A stretch of 63,900 nt of DNA, counting the filler, from Dugesia japonica (Eukaryota), in assembly GCA_001938525.1 (NCBI GenBank). It is 6 parts of 6 records of this genome, joined end to end, with 100 filler letters (N's around TTAATTAATTAA, not from the genome) between each part and the next. Parts side by side here need not be neighbours in the genome. Positions count along the whole stretch, not along the records: positions 11,617 to 21,212 come from MQRL01627914.1; positions 21,313 to 33,308 come from MQRL01638009.1; 4 more parts are not named here. One strand, written 5' to 3'. Each line of letters begins with the position of its first letter. Position 1 is the stretch's first letter. Positions 12,300 to 24,281 of this stretch are shown one piece after another. The position numbers and the translations under genes were made by a program. The notes beneath the pieces were generated by a model. That model saw nothing but the letters and a program-made list of their open reading frames with translations. It was not told where the DNA came from and did not search any database.

Positions 12300-15200
12300 A
12301 TAACAAAATCCATGAATCACTCTAAGCCAGACAAGGAACATCGATAATAACTGAAATTATTCATAAGAGGTCACACCAAGTGACCGATGACAAGGAAAGT
12401 CAGTCTGAGTTGGGGTGCACAAAATTATTGCAAGTCAGAATGAAAAGTGGGTGCACACTAACTACTGGCAGGCGATCACCTATCCAAGGAGCAGAATTAT
12501 GAACAGAGGGCGACGATTGGTGGACGAATGATTGGCTTGACATTGTGGTGTAAACGAGGAATAAAACTCGTTTGCACGGAGAAAACAGACAGAAGTTAAA
12601 ATAAAATTTTGTTTTTACAATTATTATTGTCACATTTTAAATCAATCATTACTACAGTTATAAATCTAGTTAACCATTAGTGGAAAAGAGGAAAAACCTT
12701 ACCAAAAGTAAATAAATTTTGTTGTTATATTTATACATCATTATAAAATCATTATTTGTATGTAACTACCGAGTGCCCTGATTAGAGGTCGTGCTCCCGG
12801 ACAGACTAAGATATTATTGAAAATTTATGAAGCAGATAACAGCCAAAATTATATCGACGAAGATATTATAGCGCAATTAGGAAATAGATAACATCCAAAA
12901 TAGTATCGAGAAATTACGTAAAATTATTAGGTTCATCGGCAAATGGGATCTACTAGTAATGAAAAAGATTAAAAGGGGTTCTGGGAGCTCGGTCGTTACG
13001 CTTGGTCATCTTTAGCTAGTTCCTTGTTTTAGCAGATGTAATTGTGTAGATATTGACGATTAGGAATTTGCTCAAAATATTAAGTTTTTCTATTTTAATG
13101 TTAATTTATTTCAGTAACGAATCATACATAAAATAATGAACAATATAATATCCACCAAGAGTTTTCTCANAATATNAAGTTTTCTTTTTANATTTATAAT
13201 ACTGATTAACTTCGTTAGAATTATAAGTTTAATTCATTTTTACAAAGTTTATCGTCATCTGAAATTTTCTACTTATAGACTATCTTTCGAGAGCTCCGCA
13301 AGCATGAAAACGAGAAAAGACGGTAGTTCTGAATCGTCATCTTCTCTGGTTTGCATGTTAGGAGCGTGAACGAAGCCATATTAGACCGTAGGCCAAAGAA
13401 ACGTCCATTGATTAATTGAAAAACTCAAAATCCAGAATTGCAAGCAACAGCTGAAGATGTTGCCGTGGCTACTGAACAACTGATCATCGAGAAACAGTAG
13501 AAAGGATGAAGGAGAGAGTGCTACGCTATTTGAGAGATGATACTGGGAGCTACGATCGAGTTTCGAGACCCAGAGATCATCCAAGTGGAATCATAAATTC
13601 AATAAATGTATTAATGTGTACAAGAGTCGGGGTTCTTTATTAAATTACTTAACGTGATATGTATGTCACATTGTGGCTAAACAATTTGTGTCTGTAGAGA
13701 CAGTCATAGGTTTAAACGCGTTTATTCAATCATTATTTTCATTTTTGTGTAGCAGTGCAATTGAGGAGTGAATTTTAGTTACATTAGTCTTCACACAACT
13801 TTTTTTGTCTTTGTGTGAGGTTCAAAAATGTGTTTGGTTGCGTTTTTTGTATTTTTCAAAATGTATTGTAAAATTTTAAATATAATTTTAGGGTTCCTCA
13901 CACTAGGTGCCTGTATATGAGTCCAAAATCAGTTAATTTCTGGTTGCTGTAAATTAAATAAGTTTGGAAGGAATCGATAATTATGTAAATATTTTACTTC
14001 AATCTGTGCTTTGTAAGCTCTGAACAGAACTGCAATATTTTAATTATTATTATCAAATAATATAAAAACTTGAAAACAAAAACAATAAGATTCAATAATT
14101 TATTATCAATTATCACAACTCCAATAATTTATAAAAAGGACAACTTTTTAATGTAAATTTACAAGCCGTTACTTGGCGTTTTCCTATAAAGAACAGAGTA
14201 TNNNNNNNNNNNNNNNNNNNNNNNNNNNNNNNNNNNNNNNNNNNNNNNNNNNNNNNNNNNNNNNNNNNNNNNNNNNNNNNNNNNNNNNNNNNNNNNNNNN
14301 NNACTCGTCCAGATTGTATCAACCTGCGTTTACTCAATTGATTTTAAGTCGTAATTTTAATTTAAACTTAACTCGAACCTGTAGATCGAAGGGTTATATT
14401 TCACTAGCCTTCTAACGCTAGAAATATAACTAAATTTAAACTTTGATTTTAACAAAATTAAATTTACCTTTTCGCAACTTTATCAATCAACTAATAAATT
14501 TGTCTTAAAATTTTGTGNAGTAAAATTTTNTCCCATTTCTGTTGAGTGGTTGCAATCTATATAAAATTGCACAACCAATCAGATAAATTACCAAAAATAG
14601 TCTGCTATCCAAATTTGGTAATTTTAAAATTACCAATTTTGACTATAATCTAATTTTAGAAATTTTCTTTATTCTTCAATTTCATGTGACTTATTAGTCA
14701 TTTATTTGAAACTAATCAACTGGCTTGAACAAAGNNNNNNNNNNNNNNNNNNNNNNNNNNNNNNNNNNNNNNNNNNNNNNNNNNNNNNNNNNNNNNNNNN
14801 NNNNNNNNNNNNNNNTTTATTATCTACTTATACATATGTCTACCGAATTATTGCTATTTAATATTTCTATATCTATTATTACAGTATTAGCATTATCTAT
14901 TTATTTATATTTTGTACTGAATTTATTATTATCATTAAATATTCCTATAATTACTGTTATCATATTATTATTACAGTTAATTATCTTATCTTTATTTAAA
15001 GTTAAGTAATGATGTTGCTTCATAAGAAAACATAAAAGAACATAAGGTTGGGGATAGGATTCGCACGAACCCTCACATTTGTAAGGAGTGTTAGCCTACA
15101 ATTGTTATTTCTTTTAATTAATTTTGCACCTATATCTTAGTTAAACTATTGCAAGTAAATTATGTCTACAATTTTAGTAAACAAATCCAATGACGAAAAG

Positions 15201-15800
15201 ATGCTGAAAAGAAATGTAGTAGAAGGGCAGCAAAGGTGGAAAGATGAGAAGAAATTCTGCAATTAAAAGGACAACTAAACAGGTCCTCATCAAAATTCGC
15301 ACAGTTTAAGGAGAAGGAGTTGGCTCTTCAGCTGGCCAACCGCCTTATGGCTAAGGTTATTAAGATCTACGCCAACCGCGTACTCTGTGAACATTGTAGT
15401 TACATTACAGAACGCCAGAAGAATCGAACGAGGTAATGGAGCAAACGGTGGATCTAGATTCCTAACAACGGATGATGAAGTGTAAATATATAAATAAATG
15501 TTAATGGGTGCTGATTGAGTATTTTTCTTTTATTATAGTTTTGATTGTTGAGGTGAAATTATCATATTGAATTTCAACTGAGTATGTGTGAGAGATTGTT
15601 GTCAGTGTTCATAAATTCTGTGAATAAGACGCTATACAAAAAGTCACGCTGAACCCGTGGAAAAGAGGGGCATGTCACAGAGGTTACACAAATGCTTGTT
15701 AGATATGACGCGCCTAGACACAGTAAAATGAGAATGAGATCGGAGGATTTAGAGAGAAAATTAAAACATCAAAATCCTAAATACCCAACAACAGTAATAA
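12300..15800 (+). mobile_element. Probable 3' accessory region, PPT and start of 3' LTR of a large LTR retrotransposon
   Basis: GC-richer ORF remnants each followed by AATAAA (~12300-12600, 13280-13606, 15178-15500). Purine tract GGAAAAGAGGGG (15659-15670), then TGTCACAG at 15673. Confidence 0.45.
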
Positions 15801-15899
15801 TTTTTGAAATAATTTATTTTTATAAAATTTTAATTGGTTAATTTTAATTCTTATTTTATATTTAATTATTTTATTTAATTATTGTAAATTATATTTATT

Positions 15900-16563
15900 T
15901 TAGGATTGTTTTCTTTGCTTAGTATTTTTTCATGTTTTTTCCATGTAGTGTAGAATTGTAGCTTGTTCGAAGTGTTTTCCATGTAATGTGATGTTGTTCT
16001 GATGAAATTTTGTGTTTGCGTTGAAAGTGTTTGAAAATTTCACTTTCATTTTGTTTCAAATGTTCCTTAACTCTTGTGTGGATGATTCTGCATGTTTTAC
16101 CTATATATCTTTCTTGAAAAATGGTGCATATCATTTTATAAGTGACATTTTTCTTATTGCAAATATTTCTACAATCACAAATGCATTTAGGACCACAAAC
16201 ATTTTGTCTTGGTTTCTGTAATTGAATGCCCAAAAGTAATTGCGTTTTAAAAATAATTCTTGGATAGGGTTTGTGTTTAGCATTTTTTATTATATTCTGC
16301 ATGATTTGGCTGCATTTCTCATTAATAAAAGGTCATTTAATAACTGTGTTTGTTTTTGGTTTGATTTTATTTTGTTTTGTATTTAAAGATAAATATTTCG
16401 ATATAATTTTATTTGGATAGCCATTATTTGAAAATTTATATTTTATCAACTTCAGAGAGATCAATTTTATTTCTTCATTTGAAGATAGTCTCTCGGCTCG
16501 AATTCTTTCCCCGTTAATTATACCAATTTTCTGGATTATGGTAGTATTACTACTCCAAGGTAA
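15900..16563 (-). mobile_element. Penelope-like retroelement 3' part (RT thumb + GIY-YIG endonuclease)
   Basis: PWSSNTT...ERIRAERLSS...FSNNGYP followed by CDCRNIC-NVTYKMIC..YIGKTCR..RVKEHLK. The upstream RT part is at 21139-21212. Confidence 0.85.
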
Positions 16564-16817
16564 TGTTGCGATCCCACCTGAGTTGAGTGAAAAATAACGT
16601 GGCTGGGGAAAAACAGCCCTCAGGGGAACCCTTTCAAGAATTTCCCCTACCGTCCCTGGGGTAGGTTTTCAGTTTATGGCGGTTGACCTTACTCTTAATG
16701 GAAGGTACACACCAATAAACCTTTTTATTCGGGTTCAATGATTTTTCCCTTATAATTATCCTCAAAAGACAGAAAGTACAATTCTGGTTACAGACATTTT
16801 ATTAAAAGAAAAAATAT

Positions 16818-17200
16818 TTAAAGTAAATCCAGCGCTTTTGGATCTAGCCATTGGTTGGCTTCCGTTACCACAAGATTGAAAGCAGCAATTTCATCATCAT
16901 CATTCCACTGCACTACATTTGGGTTGCCAATTTGTCGGGATAAATCAGCAATATACTGCTTTAAAAACTCAATCTTTCTCTGCAGTAATTGTTTATTTTC
17001 AGTTTTTAATGCTTTGGTTTGAATGGCAAGGTCATTTTGTTTTTTTATAATTAAATCCCATTTTTCTATAAGCTGGTCACGTTGGGAGAGATGTTTTAAA
17101 AGGGCTTTGTCGGCTTTGCGCTTTAGGTGCCTTTCAAGAAGGAGGCGACGCTGAATGCGGTGGCATCTTCTAAGTTTGTTGGGAATGTTAATTCGTGGCA
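16818..17200 (-). CDS. LTR-borne accessory ORF 4 (basic coiled coil + conserved FLKQYI..GNP..VQW.D..AAFN..QWLDP domain)
   Basis: Open frame after acceptor ATTTAG|TG, AATAAA downstream. Homologous to ORF 41601-41828. Confidence 0.65.
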
Positions 17201-17324
17201 CTAAATAAATAAACATTAATAGAGAACAATGATGGTTATTATTATCGAATTCATTATGAATGAGGCCAGCAATTGGAAATCAAGATTAAAGTGTACAAAA
17301 TTTTATTTTTTCAAGGTATCAAGA

Positions 17325-17692
17325 TTAAACACGGGGATTAGGTTTGGTCTGGGGGCCCTTATCAATCATAAGAGGCTCCAGATAGGATTTCGTTTTCAAT
17401 AACAAAATGTCTTTGACCAGTTTATTCTCACGGTCATGGCTGGACCGGATGATTTCCGCGAGCGATTCTAACTGGGCCTTACAGACTCTCTCTTGGTCTT
17501 TTACCACCCTCATCTCTTTGCAGACATTCACACATTTAGTTTTGTACCGTTTTACCTTAGCGTTGGCGGTCGCGATCTCCGATTCCCATCGCCTCTTCGC
17601 TAATTTATATAGGTCCCAGGTGATCTCTTTATCTTCGCTATCCTCACGTAATTTTTTGGTTGGGGCCTGAGATCGATTCAAAGATGAGTGCA
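17325..17692 (-). CDS. LTR-borne accessory ORF 3 (coiled coil, unknown)
   Basis: Open frame HSSLNRSQ...KPNPRV after acceptor TTTCAG|TG, AATAAA after the stop. Confidence 0.55.
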
Positions 17693-17841
17693 CTGAAATA
17701 TAAATAACGTAAAATTTAAGCTTTTTAGCGAGGACTGAGTAGAGTTCAAAAATAAGACAAAATATCATAAGACACTGATTATTTAATGCTGAAAAAACAG
17801 AGAACACAAATCCTTTTTTTGTATAATTTCAAACAGAAAGT

Positions 17842-18284
17842 TCACATCAATACATCAAGGTGTTCTTCTTCGGCGTTTTCATTGTTGTTGCTAATCATCG
17901 CATTCCGGACACCCCACAGATTATTTTGTATGAAGGAAGTCAGTTGTGCAGTAGNNNNNNNNNNNNNNNNNNNNNNNNNNNNNNNNNNNGAGCCGTCAAG
18001 CCAAACCCGTTCTATCTGTGGTGTCGCATCGGATCGTTCGAACGAGAGTGGTGCTGGAGGGATAACAACCCGATACCTTCTCGGTCCACACCAACTATAA
18101 TAAGCAGCCCGCTCTGTCGAGTCCCATTGTCTTTCATTAGCGGCTTGCTCTGGAGATAAATTAGTATGATCAACCAAAACATCGGCATCTCGGTTGTATG
18201 GGTTCCTATATCTCTTAAATGTAGTCCGACCCGAATAGACATCCAGATATACTTCCTATTTAGAGTCCATAAGTGTTTCTTTTT
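17842..18284 (-). CDS. LTR-borne accessory ORF 2 (unknown, one premature TAG)
   Basis: Acceptor TTACAG, then KETLMDSK*EVYLDVYSGRTTFKRYRNPY...YYSWCGPRRYRVVIPP...LDVLM. Confidence 0.5.
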
Positions 18285-18464
18285 CTGTAAATACAGCTAA
18301 TGAGGTTTGTATCTACTAGAGGGGACACATTTAGATAATATTCAAAAACAATAAATGGTAATTAAAATAAAACACAAATTTTAATTCATAAACAAAATAC
18401 GACACAACAATTCGATTAACTACACTTTAAATCAGTGGATTCACCAGGGTTTCCGCTACAGTGG

Positions 18465-18647
18465 TCATTCCTCATTCATATCCACCCTAGGTTTAAGGGG
18501 AAACATCTCGACGAAACATTGAAGGTCAGTCTTTTCGGGATGCTCCACCCTGCCCTTTGTTAAATAGTGGATTATTAATTGTATTAGACGAGTAGATCGT
18601 CTTTGTTTTCTTATCCGACGTAGGGTATCACGCAATATCGCTGGCAT
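18465..18647 (-). CDS. LTR-borne accessory ORF 1 (60 aa, Arg-rich)
   Basis: CTAAC branch point, pyrimidine tract, CCCTAG|ATA ATG, then MPAILRDTLRRIRKQRRSTR. Confidence 0.4.
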   Translation of the reverse strand: MPAILRDTLRRIRKQRRSTRLIQLIIHYLTKGRVEHPEKTDLQCFVEMFPLKPRVDMNEE

Positions 18648-18899
18648 TATCTAGGGAAAATAAAACAGTAAAATTGTTAGAATAATCTTGACATTATTTC
18701 CATATCTTTTACCCGAGTGTTTTAGGTTATTACACTATATTTACAGGGTTGATACCGACGATAATAATTATTACCTAAAATTGCGGCTAATAAAAAAATT
18801 GATATTTACTACTGATTATGACTTTTGCTACGTTATCTCATTTCATACAGAATTTGATTAAGNGAGTCCGGGTTTTCGCCAACACATGGTAATAGGTAA

Positions 18900-19989
18900 T
18901 CCAAATCATTGTGGATTTTAAAATGATAATACTCGATATTGATTTATGAATAATAACAGGCCAATAAGAACTACGCCGACAACCCAGTTAATAATATTAT
19001 CCATGATAGCGCAATAGTAACGATAATATGGGCAATGATACTCATCATAATAACATTGGTAATAGCTATCAAGTCTAACATTGAAAATTCATGATGATGG
19101 AACTAATCACCCAATTGTGGATGTAATAGCGTTGTTTAACAGATCAATGCAAGTAATATTAATAGAATATTAATACAAATCGTGATTTGTTTATTATAGT
19201 CATATAACATTATAAAGGAGAATATAGAGTCTTCAATAATCTTTTTCACATTTCCGCCTAACCTGGTTGCTTGGCAACTTAGTTAATCTTTACATCTCGT
19301 GTTGCAGCGGCACACCTATTATAAGTAGCTAGTCATGTGGATTTCACAACAAGTCATACATTTTTCAGCTAGTGGAATGCACACCATTACTTGACATTTC
19401 CTACCATCCTCATTTCGACAACAGATTCATTGGAGTTATTATTCTAAATCACTAGGTTGACGATACGGTGTACTAATGCTATGTGAGTTTGCGACATAAT
19501 GTGGAATATTCAATAGTGGAAAAGGGACATTTACAGTAATTCTCTTGCTGGTGTAAAACATGGGAATTCAACAAGAAAAATCGTGAACCTTTTATTGGCT
19601 GCTAATAGGAAATAATTGGATAGTCTGATACCGTTCTCTTACTAGTAGAGTAGGTATAACATTACTGATATTATCGTGAAGAAATCTATCATCAGAAAAC
19701 TCTATTCTTTCGGTAAATTCTGGTTGGACACAAAACATTTGGTTGCTAATAAATCTTGATTTTAGATTATGAAATTATTCAAATCAATTGCTGAAACAAA
19801 GAAAATTACTGTTAGCATCTCAATGGATTATAGTGGATTACAGAACGGTTTGTTAAAGATAAGTATACTGGAATTCCCGTGACTTTATGATATAAAAATA
19901 AAATTTTGATAATTTGTTTTTCTTGTGTTAATCGTCTTATTTACTGCTAATTAATAATGAAAATACAAAACTAGAAAAGTGAGTTTCAT
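18900..19989 (-). pseudogene. Decayed secreted or membrane (env-like) ORF
   Basis: MKLTFLVLYF signal-like start, Cys-rich middle (CCRNEDGRKCQVMVCIPLAEKCMTCC), hydrophobic C-terminal segment (SIIAHIIVTIALSWIILLTGL). Many stops and frameshifts. Confidence 0.35.
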
Positions 19990-20482
19990 TTTATTTTGAA
20001 TCAGATGAAAATGATTGTGAAATTATATTTATTCTAATNNNNNNNNNNNNNNNNNNNNNNNNNNNNNNNNNNNNNNNNNNNNNNNNNNNNNNNNNNNNNN
20101 NNNNNNNNNNNNNNNNNNNNNNNNNNNNNNTTTTTCTTCTGCAACGGGTGTCTGTGGAGGAATTCAAATCGAGTAGTTTTATGAGTGACTTCTTCTTCGA
20201 TTTATTTCGTTAAGGAAATAGTTGGTTTGTCCGGCAGGTACTTTAATTTCTTTCTTTAATGACCACGGCGGAATCAAAATTTCTAAAGTAGATGGTTTAA
20301 AATGCGACTAAGTTTTTCTTTCAACTAACTGTATGAGATACTGACGGTAACTTATATCGATGATTCTCCAAAAATTTGAATTAATATACTTTCAAGGTTG
20401 GCGATAATACTTGTTCGATTTAATTTTGAAGCTAAGAGTTCTAAAAAAATTTTGTGTGTTTTTCCGCTAAAGTTAGGGGTCC

Positions 20483-21060
20483 TTTTATAGGGTTTTCTTT
20501 ACACCCGATTGTGGTTTATTTTTAGATGGATGTTTTCTGGTTTTTATTGGCGTTAGTGTTGTTTTTCTAAAATTTTCTCCAAGTTTTGGTGCCATGATTG
20601 GCAGCTATCTTTATCATGGCACCTGACATCTGTTTCTTTGTTCTATTTTTAATTTCAGGTTTTCTATTGGCCGGATCTTGGAAGTCTTGCAGTACCCTTC
20701 TGAAAGGTGGCATGCTTTCCTTCTTGGGAATTTTAATTGCACCTGGATGTTTTCTCTTCATTTTTTCTTGTCCGGGTTCTTTCTGACTTCCGGGAACAAA
20801 GTTATCTGGTAAAAACAGAATTTTCTTCTAATTTCCTTCTTTTTTATTTTAAAATTAATTAATTTTCTTTTGTTAATTAATTGTTTTCCAAATTGTTTTT
20901 TCTTCGTTGTTTATTATTAAATTAGTAATTTGCTTAATTTGAATATAATGATGGCTGGTTGTATTGTTCATATTTATCAAATTTCTTCATTTAATTCTTG
21001 GTTTAATGATTGTCCTTGTTTTTCTTCTTTCTGTTAGTGATTTTTTTCCGGGGATATTGG
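20483..21060 (-). promoter_or_regulatory. U3-like Pol II promoter: four CCAAT boxes and a TATA box
   Basis: CCAAT (-) at 21056-60, 20666-70, 20597-601 and 20546-50. CTATAAAAGG with TATAAAA at 20489-20483. Confidence 0.6.
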
Positions 21061-21138
21061 CGTAGCTCACTTTCCCTATTTTGCCTTTAATGACCCCCGT
21101 GGTTTTAATTCTCTTCAACTGGGTGTTTCACTCCAACA

Positions 21139-21212
21139 GTAATATATATCCACTGTGAAATGGTTTCATATATAATTGGGTAGTTAATATTTCACCAGGT
21201 TTCTTTTGGATT
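21139..21212 (-). mobile_element. Penelope RT fragment (upstream partner of 15900-16563)
   Basis: IQKKPGEILTTQLYMKPFHSGYIL matches uninterrupted Penelope copies at ~25826 and ~44395. Confidence 0.85.
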
Positions 21213-21312
21213 NNNNNNNNNNNNNNNNNNNNNNNNNNNNNNNNNNNNNNNNNNNNTTAATTAATTAANNNNNNNNNNNNNNNNNNNNNNNNNNNNNNNN
21301 NNNNNNNNNNNN

Positions 21313-22635
21313 TAATGAAGAATCTGTTAATGTAATTAAATTTAAACCCAAAACATTAGAAATTGAAAATATTAAAGATAAAATGACTTTGACGATTTTA
21401 AAAAAATATGAAAGCATTATAATGAAAGATAAATGGGAAATTGGAAAAACTAATATTGTAAAACATGAAATAATAACAAATAGTAAACCAATTGCAATTA
21501 ATCCTAGGCGTCAACCTTATCACTTAATAGTTAAAATGAAGTAAAATATTAAAGAAATGGAATGATAAGTAAATGTGACTCCCTTTGGAATGCTCCTTTG
21601 GTTTGCGTAAAAAACGAGACAATGATGAAAAACAACTTTGTTTTGATTATAGGTTGTTAAATGAAGTTACAGAAAGATTAATTTTTCCTATTCCAAACAC
21701 TAAAGAAATGATGGATGTTTTACAATCCGTTTCAAAGGTCTGTAAATTACAAAAATTACAGAAAAGTCGTTTGAAAAGCCAATGGAAAAGGATAAAACAT
21801 TATACTTACAAACGATAGTAAGTTATTAATATTTTGTTGGGTATCCTTTCTTCTTGATAATAGAGGCTTGGAATTAATGAACTTGCTACATAAGGAAATG
21901 AGTATATTATACCATATCTTTTCTAGGACTTAGTCTTTCATGTTGAAACCGTCTAATTCTTTGGGAGGGACTACGACTATATGTGTGAAACATTGATTTA
22001 TCACTGAAGACAACATGTGCCCCTTTATCAACATTCCATTGCTGTTTAGATATCGCCCATTGCAATCGTCTGTTCCTATGCTTATCATTGACCAACGGCT
22101 TGCTAACAGCCGGATGACTTCTTAATTCATACTTATTGTGAATGCGGTTAATTAAAACTTCGACATTAATGTTACAAAATGATGGTCGTAAATGGCAAGA
22201 AGGGTATAAAGAAATCGATTTCATTAAATAGAACTTAAGCTTTGTAAGAAATTATAAATTTAAATTGATTTAAAATATTGTTTATACAATTCACGATAAA
22301 ATTTGGATTCCAATAGAAATGAGAATTAAATTTATTGATTATACACATCAATTATTATGTAATGCTGGATCGAAAAAAGTTCTCAAATATATTTTGAGAC
22401 AATTTGTTATGGAAAATAAAACTGATATAATATATGAGACTGTACAAATCTGTGAAAAATGTTAAAAAAAAAAGAAAACTGTAACTTCAAAAACAAAAGA
22501 AGACATAATTAAAATGAAGCCTTCAGATACATTTGAAATTATACATATTGATTTCTGTGGACCGTTTAAAACCGCTAGAAATAGTAAAAATTCTATATTA
22601 GCTATTATAGATCAATTTAGCAAGTATATTTTAGT
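21313..22635 (+). pseudogene. Ty3/gypsy pol remnants (RT N-terminus; integrase zinc finger and core)
   Basis: GKTNIVKHEI..PRRQPYH, WNAPLVCV, LCFDYRLLNEVT..FPIPNTKEMMD. After a Tc1 insert: YTHQLLCNAG..CEKC, FEIIHIDFCGPF..ILAIIDQFSKY. Confidence 0.8.
21723..22165 (-). pseudogene. Tc1-type transposase fragment inserted in gypsy pol
   Basis: AVSKPLVNDKHRNRRLQWA...HVVFSDKSMF (Tc1 linker and first catalytic D motif). Confidence 0.75.
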
Positions 22636-23614
22636 ATATGGATACATCAGCACTGGCTCACCCCTCCCAGCCGACAAAGTGAGTTAGTAATGAAGCATTT
22701 TGATTAGTCTTTACTATTACGAAAAATTGTTTTTCAAATTCGGGTTCGAACGTCCGAATTTTTGCTGGTGAATGTAAAAAATTCGAATTTTCGGTTCGAG
22801 ATTTTTCGGTCAATTGTTATTTTACAATTTCAAGTTTGGTCTTATTGAACTACGAATTAAACACTGAACCTTTTTTGCATAGGGTTTGCTGTAGAAATAT
22901 GCTTGGTTCTTTCAGAAAAGGTATGTCAGCACTGGCTCAGTCNACTATGATTCATCAATTTATCTACCAACACGTATCCTATGGTCATGGAAATGATGGC
23001 ATTCAATTCAAAATATAATACTGAACATTTTATGTATAGAGTTTGCTGTAGAAATATGTTTATTTCAAAAGATAGAAAATTGCCAGCAGCCATGTCTCAC
23101 TGAGGAAATAACTGATCGATTTCAAGAATTGCTCAAATTAGCCATTCCCGTTGAACGATTTGACCAAAATGGCCTGAAACAGCCAAAAATTGTCCTCATT
23201 CGACTTTACCAAATAATTTACCAACCAAAAAGCTGATAAACTTTTGCCACCTAAAAAGCCTAAAGAATTTTCTCAACTAAAAAGCCTAAAATTTGAAAAT
23301 AATTCGCAAAGCTTTTCAAAATATGATTAAAAGTTATGTAATTGCAGAGAAATTTTTCTCGCCAAACTCCTGAAAAATTTAACACCAATTAATTCTTTAA
23401 AAATAAAATTTTACCGATTAAATCTAATAACATAATTTGTGTGCAAAAATTTTCCCAACTAAATACACAAGGAAAAACAAACCAAATTAACTAATATTAC
23501 TTAATATGATGCAATTTTAAATTTCCAAATAAATGAATTAGGATTGTTTCATTACATCACTAATTCTTAGGGCAGGTATTTGTGTGTAGTGTTGACCGCC
23601 ACTATTCCTCTACT
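22632..23614. mobile_element. Non-autonomous repeat ending in a Polinton-type terminus
   Basis: Ends CCGCCACTATTCCTCTACT. Shares AAAATTTTCCCAACTAAATAC and the terminus with 27000-27866. Internal repeat shared with 42290-43200 and 50880-51240. Confidence 0.55.
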
Positions 23615-24281
23615 AAGGTATACCTCGTTGTATTTGTGATTATGCTAATATATTATTTTTGAAATAAAATTTCTAGTTTAGCCTCTTTAATTTCTTTTGT
23701 TAGGGTGTGCATTTTCTTTTATATTTTATACTTGAGTTGTTTGGATTCTGACTCTTTGAAGTTGNNNNNNNNNNNNNNNNNNNNNNNAAGATAATAGTGG
23801 AAAATGTGAATATCTATAAACACCAATTTAATTTGATCAAAGCTATGACTTTATTTTAATGAAATTTTATTAATAAGTATCAATTTTTGTTTTTTAAAAT
23901 AAATATTTAACATTGTTTTAACGAATCAAATTTATCTAGATATTTCAAGTGTATTTTAACAATGATGGTATTAATAAGTAATAAGTGAAAATTTGTAAAT
24001 GAAATTTAAGAAAAATTATATTTGTCAGTTTTAAAATTAATTAATTTACAATAAATAAATTTAATTAATTTTTTATGTTTATTATAATATTTGTTATTTA
24101 TTTCATAATATTTAAAATTATATAATTTTAAATATTGTGATATTGTATTATTTTTTTCCTCAGTTGCATGAAATCTGTTAGAAATTAATTTGATAAATAT
24201 CCAATTATTCAAATAAATTAAATTAATATTTTATTAATATGAAAATGTGCTTTTTTCTTTCAGATTATTTAATATTGATTA

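Larger units (their letters stand above)
16564..21138 (-). mobile_element. Giant (~4.6 kb) gene-carrying solo LTR, or integrase-mobilised cassette
   Basis: TGTTG...CAACA ends. TSD GTAA at 16560-16563 and 21139-21142. Removing it restores the Penelope RT (FHSGYIL|PWSS). No gag/pol; end homologous to 41650-42056. Confidence 0.8.

Noticed and set aside
16818-17692. Flatworm spliced-leader ATG as start codon for the cassettes
   Set aside because: An SL ending in ATG would be out of frame at the AG|TG acceptors, which need phase 1.
20567-20786. Overlapping 64-aa and 62-aa ORFs
   Set aside because: They lie within the CCAAT-rich promoter upstream of the TATA box and are probably incidental.
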